From assembly GCA_964436275.1 (NCBI GenBank), contig CAYTBZ010000005.1:1-52071 (forward strand): DNA of 52,071 bases, written 5' to 3'. Positions 35,656-42,963 of the stretch are shown here, piece after piece. Both the position numbers and the translations under genes were made by a program. Source of the DNA: an uncultured Gammaproteobacteria bacterium. Lineage in GTDB: Bacteria > Patescibacteriota > Patescibacteriia > UBA2591 > CAYTBZ01. Each line of letters starts with the position of its first letter. Within the stretch, counting starts at the first letter, position 1. The notes beneath the pieces were generated by a model. The model worked only from the letters and a program-made list of their open reading frames with translations, had not been told where the DNA came from and did no database searches.

Positions 35656-36348
35656 TTAAGAACCCTCTTCTTCTGGAGAACAAAAATCTACTCTTTTTAT
35701 TGCATTCTTACACTCTTCCTTCTCACTCCTTTCTTCTACCCATCCCCCCTCGCAGAGTGTTCCTGCCTCTCTCATTTGCCTCAAAGTATCCTTACAATTA
35801 GCTTCTGAAAAACGTGCTTCCCCTCCTAAACATTTACACTCTCTACTACAAGAATCGCCATCTTTTACCCGAACCACACAAAATCCATCTTTCTCAACTA
35901 CTTTTGCCTTCTTTTTTAAACGCGTATAACCTGGTTTAATTCCAACTGCTGTTTCAATAAAATAAACAATCAACCAAGCAGTCATTACTATTATAAGCCC
36001 AGTTAAAGTTCCAATCAAGATGTCTTTACCTTTTTTTACCCGGCTCTGACTACCCCCAGAAGTCAAGAACATAAACCCGCCAACAATAAAATAAACTAAA
36101 GCCAAAGCACCAACAATACCTAAAATAATTTTTGAAAGATTGATAAAAAGCAAAAGAAAATCCTCCAAAGTACAATCGCCAGTAGCAGCACAATCAGGAA
36201 CAATCTTCCCTAATCCTGAACTAGCAGCAAAACTAAAAAAGAAAGGAAATAAGAAAAAGAAAGAAAAAAGAGAAAAGAAAAAGAAAGTAAAAAATAATTT
36301 TCTCTTTTTATCTGCTTTAATATGTTTGATTAACTCGTTCCACAGCAT
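35656..36348 (-). CDS. TrbC/VirB2-like pilin with Cys-rich C-terminal extension
   Basis: GGFMFLTSGGSQSRVKKGKDILIGTLTGL core; 8 Cys in the C-terminal tail; start position uncertain. Confidence 0.8.
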   Translation of the reverse strand: MLWNELIKHIKADKKRKLFFTFFFFSLFSFFFLFPFFFSFAASSGLGKIVPDCAATGDCTLEDFLLLFINLSKIILGIVGALALVYFIVGGFMFLTSGGSQSRVKKGKDILIGTLTGLIIVMTAWLIVYFIETAVGIKPGYTRLKKKAKVVEKDGFCVVRVKDGDSCSRECKCLGGEARFSEANCKDTLRQMREAGTLCEGGWVEERSEKEECKNAIKRVDFCSPEEEGS

Positions 36349-37699
36349 AATTTATTGCTTTTTTATAATCCAAAAGGCCTTGATTGACCATTCTAATCAT
36401 TTCCTTAAAAATCTCCTCTACAGCCAAGGGGTCTTTTCCATAATACCAATCTTGAGCAGTTAAAACTTGTTGGGTAAAGGGGGCTAAATCAAAATTTTCT
36501 AATTGAACATCAATCAACTCGCGTAAAGCCGGTGGTTTTTTAGCCGCATCTAAATAGGTCTTAACTTCTTTAGCAGAAGTTGTGGCAAATTGAAGAAAAT
36601 CCCAAGCAGCATCTTTGTTTTGACTATGAGAAGAAACTGTTTCTACCCAATAGCGAGCATAATTTACTTGCTTTAAAGAACCTTCTATCTGAGGCACGGG
36701 AACTACTCCAAAATCAAGTTTTGGCGCTCTTGCTTGGATAATAGGCAAATGATAGGAATAGCCGAAAAAGAAAGCCACTTTTCCATCAATAAAAGCATCT
36801 AAAGAATTAGGCATTTCAGAATTCCAAGTGTAAACTTCTTTGGCTGGATTAGCAAAGTCAGTATAAAAACGCAATGCCTCTACCCCGGGAAAATAACTTT
36901 TATCTGTTTCTAAAGGTTGGTTAAAACTGGCACGCCAATTTTTAATCATTTTTGTGCCGTTTTGCAACATCAATAAAGATAAAATATCAGCAGACCTTTC
37001 AATATTGTCAGCTGTACCCAAAGCAGCACCTGATTGAATAAAATTGCCTTCAGTATCTTGAATAATCAATTTTTTAACATCTTCTTTAAATTCTTCCCAA
37101 TTAGTTGGCGGTTTGGCAATGCCCGCATTATCTAACATATCTCGATTATAATAAAGAGCCAAAGTGTCAATGGCTAAAGGTAAAGCGTAAATTCGATTCA
37201 TCTTGCTTTGTGGATCATACCTAACTACATCATTAAAAACAACATCAACAAATTTTTGACGCAACTCGTCAGGAGTAATGGTGCGCTTTTCCTCAGCAAC
37301 AATTTTGGCTGTTTTTTTCAAAGCATTGCCCGAATATTTGATGTTTACCATTTTAATCTTTGGAGGCAAAGGATAAATAAATTTACTGTATTTTGTTACC
37401 CAATCAGCCGGAATAGAAAAAATGTCCGGACCACGGCCCTCAGCCCAGGCCTCTAAAAGAGTTTGCTCGTATTCTTCATAACGAAGTTTACGACAATTTA
37501 TCGTTATATTTGGATGAAGACGATGATAATCAGCAATAATTTGATTAAGAACATCTGGCGACTCCCAAACACGCCAATAGGTTAAAGTAATTGGTTCAAG
37601 TTTTACTTTTGGTTTACTAGAAAGACAACTAAAACCACTTGTAGAAAGAATTACAATAAGAAAAAGAATAAAAAGTTGATAAATTCTTCCTTTTTTCAT
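36317..37699 (-). CDS. Extracellular solute-binding lipoprotein (sugar-binding family 1-like)
   Basis: Lipobox-like LSTSGFSC, GPDIF, YALPLAIDTLALYYNRDML, PPTNWEEF, AWDFLQF. Confidence 0.85.
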   Translation of the reverse strand: MKKGRIYQLFILFLIVILSTSGFSCLSSKPKVKLEPITLTYWRVWESPDVLNQIIADYHRLHPNITINCRKLRYEEYEQTLLEAWAEGRGPDIFSIPADWVTKYSKFIYPLPPKIKMVNIKYSGNALKKTAKIVAEEKRTITPDELRQKFVDVVFNDVVRYDPQSKMNRIYALPLAIDTLALYYNRDMLDNAGIAKPPTNWEEFKEDVKKLIIQDTEGNFIQSGAALGTADNIERSADILSLLMLQNGTKMIKNWRASFNQPLETDKSYFPGVEALRFYTDFANPAKEVYTWNSEMPNSLDAFIDGKVAFFFGYSYHLPIIQARAPKLDFGVVPVPQIEGSLKQVNYARYWVETVSSHSQNKDAAWDFLQFATTSAKEVKTYLDAAKKPPALRELIDVQLENFDLAPFTQQVLTAQDWYYGKDPLAVEEIFKEMIRMVNQGLLDYKKAINYAVERVNQTY

Positions 37700-38562
37700 A
37701 TCTTCAAATTTTTAAGATAATTTTTGAATTCTTCTTTAAACTTTTCTCTCTCTAAAGCAAAATCAACAATTGCCTTTAAAAATTCTAACTTATTACCACA
37801 ATCATAGTATCTACCTTGATATTGATAAGCATAAAAATCCCTTTGAGTTAAAAGTAGATCCACTGCATCAGCTAACCAAAGCTCCCCTCCTTTACCAATT
37901 TCTGTTTTCTTTACTGCTTCAAAAATATCTGGAGTAAAAATATAACGACCAGCAACAGCTAAATTAGAAGGCGCATCTTTAGGTAAGGGTTTCTCCACAA
38001 TATCTTTTACTTTATAAACTCTATCTTCCACTTTTTCTCCGTCAATCACTCCGTAACGATGGACTTTTTCTTTAGCGACTTGAGTAACTCCAATAACCGG
38101 ACTTTGATATTTATAAAATACTTCCATCATCTGTTTGGTTGCTGGAACTTCCCCTTTGATTAAATCGTCGCCAAAAGCAAAAACAAAGGGTTCTGAGCCA
38201 ATTAACTTTTCTACATTAAGAACCGGTGTAGCATTTCCATAAGGACCTTTCTGCCGAAGATAAACAAAATAAGCCATCTCTGAAAGATGACGGATTTCTT
38301 CTAATTCCTTTATTTTATTATTTCTTTCTAAATGAACTTCTAAGGACTTATTTTGGTCAAAATGATCTTCAATCGCTCTTTTGCCTTGCCCAGTGACTAA
38401 AATAATCTCCTCAATGCCTGAGTCAACCATTTCCTCTACAATATACTGAATGACCGGCTTGTCAATAATGGCCAGCATTTCCTTTGGCTGGGCTTTGGTT
38501 GCTGGTAGAAAACGGGTACCAAAGCCAGCTACTGGAATCACAGCTTTTTTTATTTTTTTCAT
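37696..38562 (-). CDS. galU: UTP--glucose-1-phosphate uridylyltransferase
   Basis: KAVIPVAGFGTRFLPATKAQPKEML, FGDD, RYGV, VEKP, GRYI and YDCG motifs. Confidence 0.93.
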   Translation of the reverse strand: MKKIKKAVIPVAGFGTRFLPATKAQPKEMLAIIDKPVIQYIVEEMVDSGIEEIILVTGQGKRAIEDHFDQNKSLEVHLERNNKIKELEEIRHLSEMAYFVYLRQKGPYGNATPVLNVEKLIGSEPFVFAFGDDLIKGEVPATKQMMEVFYKYQSPVIGVTQVAKEKVHRYGVIDGEKVEDRVYKVKDIVEKPLPKDAPSNLAVAGRYIFTPDIFEAVKKTEIGKGGELWLADAVDLLLTQRDFYAYQYQGRYYDCGNKLEFLKAIVDFALEREKFKEEFKNYLKNLKI

Positions 38563-38742
38563 AAGCGTCTTTTGTTTTTATTTTACAATAAAAATAAAAA
38601 AAATAAAAGAAGAAGTTAAAATAATTTCTTCTTTTTGTTTTTTAGATATTTGTTTTTGAATATAATCACTAATCAAAAAATATAAGGTGAATAGGCAAGG
38701 CCAGCAAAACAAATCCATTTTACAATATAGGATTGCTTTAAT

Positions 38743-39217
38743 AGAAAATTCTCGCTTTGTGTTTCCTGATTGTTTTTTCCTTACCCCAAATTACCAACTA
38801 CAAATTACCAATTACTGCAAATTTGAGCGTTAGCGAAAATTTGCTGGCAAACTAATTTTGTAATTTGTGTGAGTAATTTGTAATTTGGGAGCAAATTTTC
38901 ATAGAATGAAAATTTGCTGGCGGTGGGAGGAGGATTCGCCCCGCCTTTGGCGGGGCGTCCTGTCGAATGACAGGACGAACCTATTTCAGTTGTAATTTGT
39001 GTGTGTAATTTGTAGTTTGGGCAGAAAATTCTCGCTTTGTGTTTCTTGATTGTTTTCTTCTTACCCAAATTACAAATTACCAATTACTAATTACTGAAAA
39101 TTCGAGCGAAGCGAGAATTTTCTGGCAAACTTAATTTTGTAATTTGTGTGAGTAATTTGTAATTTGGGAGCAAATTTTCATAGAATGAAAATTTGCTGGC
39201 GGTGGGAGGAGGATTCG
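38743..39217. repeat. Tandem ~195-bp units (38743-38938 and 39023-39217) containing the tRNA-Ser 3' end plus downstream sequence
   Basis: 86 bp identical at 38853-38938 and 39132-39217; the remainder is similar; internal inverted repeats and AATTTGT/ACAAATT heptamer runs. Confidence 0.92.
38918..38982 (-). pseudogene. tRNA-Ser 3' fragment with T-loop interrupted by two palindromes
   Basis: Minus strand AGGTT-CG-[TCCTGTCATTCGACAGGA]-CG-[CCCCGCCAAAGGCGGGG]-CG-AATCCTCCTCCCACCGCCA, compared with AGGTTCGAATCCTCCTCCCACCGCCA in the intact tRNA. Confidence 0.8.
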
Positions 39218-39289
39218 AACCTCCGGTCCCGCCAAAGGCGGGACAGCGCTTTTCGAGAGCGCCCCGTTCAACCACTCCGGCATCCCACC
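39197..39289 (-). tRNA. tRNA-Ser(CGA)
   Basis: GCGCT-CTCGAAA-AGCGC anticodon arm, long variable arm GTCCCGCC-TTT-GGCGGGAC, T-loop GGTTCGAATCC, encoded CCA. Confidence 0.95.
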
Positions 39290-39299
39290 TAAAAGTCCT

Positions 39300-40529
39300 T
39301 TAAATTTTTAAATTAATCAAACCAATAATAAGCCAAAAAAGCAAAGATAAATCATTTTTAAAGTAAGGAACATCAACCAAACCATGAAAAATAATAATAA
39401 GCAAAGCCAATAAACAGGAGAGAGCAAGAAAATTATTTTTAACGATTAATTTCTTTTTTACCTCTTTAAATGATTTTAGGAGCAATAAAAGAAAAGTCAA
39501 CAAACCAAAAAGCCCTAATTCTGACCAAAAATTAAGAAAGATATTATGAGGGTATAAAAAAATCTCAATATACTTTGCCTGATGGTAAGGTACAATTTTC
39601 TTTTGATAGCCAGCTAAACCAGCACCAAAAAGCCAATTATCTTTAAGCATCTGCCAACTTTCTTGCCAAAGAGTAAGGCGAACCTTAACTGACCAATCTT
39701 GACCATTAAATTTATTAATTAAATATTCGCGAAATAGAGGGATAGTAGTAAAAAGAATGATTAAAATTAAAATGATTAAAATCGTCTTTAGGCGATACTT
39801 TTTAAAACTCAGGCCAAAAACAAAAAGAGATAGAACTAAGGCGGCTATTGCTCCTTCTGAACGAGCAAAAACAATGGCTAAAAAAGAGAAAAATAAAACT
39901 ATTAGATAAAAAAACTTCTTTTTCTCCCAACCTCCCTTAAAAATCCTTCCTAGCAACAATCCTATTATTGGCCCAAGGTAAAGCGCTAAAGCATTAGGGT
40001 AAGGAAAAACACCAGTTACCCGTCGACCCTCTCCTTTAAACCAGTATTGATAAGGAACCAACCAGCCAGTAAATTTTTGATAAAAAGCAATTAAAGAAAC
40101 TATTAAAGCACCAGCGCCTAAAGCGGTCAAAACTAATTCTAAATCTTTTTTATCTTTAATTTCATTAATAAAAACGAAAAAGAAAAGCACTGGCTCCAAG
40201 AAATAGGCCTTCCAAATACCCAAAGCAGAAATTTTATTAGGAGAGACAATAACGGCTAATGAAGCGACAGCTAACCAAAGGAAAATCAAATATCTGAACT
40301 TTCCTAAATAAACCTTTTCTCCACTGAAAATTCTTTTTAAAAACCAAACAAGAAAAAGAATAATTATCATCAGCTCCAAGAGGGTAAAAGGAATGAAAAA
40401 AACTTTAAAACGTAGAAGATAACTGGGTAATGCGAAAAGGATAAAAGCTAAAGCAAAATCTAATCTTTTTATACTTAAAGCAGTGAAAAGCAAAGCAAAA
40501 ATGAAAATAAGAAAATAATAAGTATTCAT
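39300..40529 (-). CDS. O-antigen ligase/Wzy-family membrane protein
   Basis: RVTGVFPYPNALA, ARSEGA, VRLTLWQ, GAGLAGY and YPHNIFLNFWSELGLFG motifs. Confidence 0.88.
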   Translation of the reverse strand: MNTYYFLIFIFALLFTALSIKRLDFALAFILFALPSYLLRFKVFFIPFTLLELMIIILFLVWFLKRIFSGEKVYLGKFRYLIFLWLAVASLAVIVSPNKISALGIWKAYFLEPVLFFFVFINEIKDKKDLELVLTALGAGALIVSLIAFYQKFTGWLVPYQYWFKGEGRRVTGVFPYPNALALYLGPIIGLLLGRIFKGGWEKKKFFYLIVLFFSFLAIVFARSEGAIAALVLSLFVFGLSFKKYRLKTILIILILIILFTTIPLFREYLINKFNGQDWSVKVRLTLWQESWQMLKDNWLFGAGLAGYQKKIVPYHQAKYIEIFLYPHNIFLNFWSELGLFGLLTFLLLLLKSFKEVKKKLIVKNNFLALSCLLALLIIIFHGLVDVPYFKNDLSLLFWLIIGLINLKI

Positions 40530-41947
40530 TTTGTTCGAATAAGTTGCTTAATAAATTCTGCTGAATATCCGCCAATTAAGTAAAGGGTTAAAAAATAAAT
40601 TATGGTTCCTAAAAAAAATAAAATGAAAAAATTTTTTAGAGGAAACATAATTAAAAAGAAAGCCATTACTCCGGCTGAAAAAAGTGATTTAAGAAAACTA
40701 TCTGGTTTTAATTTAATTTTCAACATTCTTAACAAAAAAATTCCACTTAAACAAGTAATTAAAAATTCAGTTAAAACAGTCATAATAGCAGCGCCAAAAT
40801 ATGAATAACGAGGGATTAAAATAAGATAGCCGACTAAACCAACAATAAAAGTCAAAATATAATATTTCATCATCATTTTCTGCTGTCGCAGGGCTATCAT
40901 TGCTTGGCTAAACAATTGCCCAAGAAAAAGAAAAGCAACAGCAAAAATTAAAATTTGAAAAACATCTCCTGATTGAGTAAATTGATTACCAGCAATTAAA
41001 AGCATAATTTTTTTAGCTAAAATATAACCTCCGAAAACTAAAGGAATGACAACGATAATCAAAGAATCAAAACTCTTTTGTAGAACAGATTTAAAATAAG
41101 ATAAATCATTTTTTGCCCAACTTTGATTTAAAAGAGGAGCAATTAAGCCAATAAAAAGCATTGGAAAAGAATTAAGAACTTCTACTAAGCGATAACTAGC
41201 ACCATAAATGCCTACTTCGCTCTGACTCCGAAACAAAGAAAGTAAAACAGTATCAATTTTAAAATAAAAAGCGCTAAAAATAATAGAAAGACCAATAGGC
41301 CAACTTCTTTTTAAAATTATTCTCCAAAGATTTAAGTCAAAAGCCGGTCTTATTTTTAAAAATTTCTTTGTTGAAAAAAGAACTAATAGAAAGTTCAAAA
41401 AACTAGAAAAAACCAAAGCAAATAAAATAAAGAAAAAATTTAATTTTAAAATAACAGCCAAAACAATTAAAACAAGATTAACAAATTTACCCATAAAATC
41501 AGCCAGAACGACATTGAACATATTTAATCTCTTTTGAAAACTGGCAACTAAAATTTGATTTAAAGAAACAAAAACAATAGTTAAAGAGGTAAGGCAAATC
41601 CCTATTTTTATAGTCAAAGAATAAGTGGGAATAAAAAAACCTACCAAACAGGCAATAAATAAAAAGAAAGAGAGAGAAACCAAACGCAAGGTCAAAGCAT
41701 TACTAACAATTTTATCCTCATCAATCTCTGGTTGATTGATAAGTTGAACAACGATATTATAGATACCTAAATCAGCAATGATGCCAAACAGTTGGAGAAA
41801 GGCAATTATAGTAGTATATTGACCATAGCCATTCTTTCCTAAATAACGAGTTAATAAGGCAATGCTAAAAAAACCAATAAGCAATCCTAGAACCTTTCCA
41901 ATCAACTGAAGAATGGTATTATAAGCAATTTTCTCTTTTAGAACCAT
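40526..41947 (-). CDS. Wzx-type oligosaccharide flippase
   Basis: Many TM segments; TRYLGKNGYGQY, IDTVLLS...EVGIYG, LIPRYSYFGAA motifs. Confidence 0.88.
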   Translation of the reverse strand: MVLKEKIAYNTILQLIGKVLGLLIGFFSIALLTRYLGKNGYGQYTTIIAFLQLFGIIADLGIYNIVVQLINQPEIDEDKIVSNALTLRLVSLSFFLFIACLVGFFIPTYSLTIKIGICLTSLTIVFVSLNQILVASFQKRLNMFNVVLADFMGKFVNLVLIVLAVILKLNFFFILFALVFSSFLNFLLVLFSTKKFLKIRPAFDLNLWRIILKRSWPIGLSIIFSAFYFKIDTVLLSLFRSQSEVGIYGASYRLVEVLNSFPMLFIGLIAPLLNQSWAKNDLSYFKSVLQKSFDSLIIVVIPLVFGGYILAKKIMLLIAGNQFTQSGDVFQILIFAVAFLFLGQLFSQAMIALRQQKMMMKYYILTFIVGLVGYLILIPRYSYFGAAIMTVLTEFLITCLSGIFLLRMLKIKLKPDSFLKSLFSAGVMAFFLIMFPLKNFFILFFLGTIIYFLTLYLIGGYSAEFIKQLIRTK

Positions 41948-41991
41948 ATTTTTTATAGATTATCATTTTAAGAATAAGAGGACAATAAATC

Positions 41992-42020
41992 TTGCCTAAA
42001 AAATCTAAAAATGATACAAT
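41992..42020 (+). promoter_or_regulatory. rpsO promoter
   Basis: TTGCCT (41992-41997)-N17-TACAAT (42015-42020) with extended TG. Confidence 0.6.
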
Positions 42021-42061
42021 AGAATCAATTATTTTAAGAAATAATAATTTTCAACCAATTT

Positions 42062-42328
42062 ATGTTAGAAAAGAAAATTAAAGAAAAAATCATTAAAGAA
42101 TTTGCTACACACAAAAACGATACTGGATCACCTCAAGTCCAAATTGCCCTCCTTACTGAGGAAATAAAACAACTAACCCGTCACCTTCAGGAACACAAGC
42201 ATGATTTTTCCTCCCGAAGAGGACTTTTAAGAAAAATTGGCCAGCGTCGGAGATTACTTAAATATCTTCAACTAGAACAGCCAAGCGCTTATAAAAAATT
42301 AATTGAAAAATTAAAGTTAAAAAAATAG
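42062..42328 (+). CDS. rpsO: 30S ribosomal protein uS15
   Basis: [25 protein letters not shown] and RRRLLKYL motifs. Confidence 0.97.
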   Translation: MLEKKIKEKIIKEFATHKNDTGSPQVQIALLTEEIKQLTRHLQEHKHDFSSRRGLLRKIGQRRRLLKYLQLEQPSAYKKLIEKLKLKK

Positions 42329-42334
42329 TATTTT

Positions 42335-42862
42335 ATGATTAAACATCCAGACCAACGAGTAGGAGTGTTTGTCGATGTTCAAAATATGTACCACTCGGCA
42401 AAGAATTTGTATAAAGCAAAGGTAAATTTTGGTAAAATTTTAGAAATTGCTGTATCAGGAAGAAAACTAATTCGGGCTATTGCTTATGTTATTCGCTCTC
42501 AATCAAAAGAAGAGGAAGGTTTTTTTGAAGCATTAGATAAGCAAGGATTTGAAATAAAACTAAAAGACCTCCAGATCTTTTATGGAGGGATGAAAAAGGG
42601 CGATTGGGATGTAGGAATGGCAGTTGACGCTATTACTTTAGCACCAAGTTTAGACGTTATTGTTTTAGTGACTGGAGATGGAGATTTTGTTCCCTTAGTT
42701 AAATACCTCCGATATCATGGAAAACAAGTAGAGATAATCGCCTTTGGACAAACCACTTCTTCTAAATTAAGGGAAACAGCAGATACTTTTACCGACTTAA
42801 GTGAGAATAAAAGAAAATTTCTCATTAAAGAAAGTCCTATCAAAAGAAAAAAAGTAAGATAA
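42335..42862 (+). CDS. NYN domain protein (LabA/DUF88, PIN-like fold)
   Basis: VFVDVQNMY, KGDWDVGMAVD and LVTGDGDFVPLV acidic motifs. Confidence 0.92.
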   Translation: MIKHPDQRVGVFVDVQNMYHSAKNLYKAKVNFGKILEIAVSGRKLIRAIAYVIRSQSKEEEGFFEALDKQGFEIKLKDLQIFYGGMKKGDWDVGMAVDAITLAPSLDVIVLVTGDGDFVPLVKYLRYHGKQVEIIAFGQTTSSKLRETADTFTDLSENKRKFLIKESPIKRKKVR

Positions 42863-42880
42863 TTTAATTATTAAATAAAG

Positions 42881-42944
42881 GCAATCACCGGCAGACAGGT
42901 AGGCAATGAATTTTTTCATGGCCTAAAGCCTGCCGAGTGATTGC
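42881..42944 (+). promoter_or_regulatory. Long stem-loop in the pnp leader
   Basis: Nested pairings GCAATCAC/GTGATTGC, CGGCAG/CTGCCG, TAGGC/GCCTA and ATGAA/TTCAT. Confidence 0.65.
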
Positions 42945-42963
42945 TAAAGGATTTCAGAACAAT

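Noticed and set aside
36233-36300. A/G-rich tract encoding poly-Phe as a phase-variation switch
   Set aside because: No long perfect homopolymer or unit repeat; consistent with a hydrophobic signal segment in AT-rich DNA.
38780-39200. Possible CRISPR array from the recurring AATTTGT blocks
   Set aside because: No constant-length repeat with unique spacers, only two to three irregular units, and no cas genes.
38918-39217. attL/attR pair of an integrated prophage or island
   Set aside because: The duplication extends far beyond the tRNA 3' end into the trailer, and no integrase or cargo lies between the copies; kept only as a possible scar.
38805-39275. ORFs 38805..39083 and 39087..39275
   Set aside because: Translations of tRNA-Ser and its repeats; their shared peptides just reflect the DNA duplication.
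25056-41947. Alternative genetic code (TGA as Gly or Trp)
   Set aside because: ruvC, galU and wzx end in TGA, two of them in ATGA overlaps, and long genes have no in-frame TGA.
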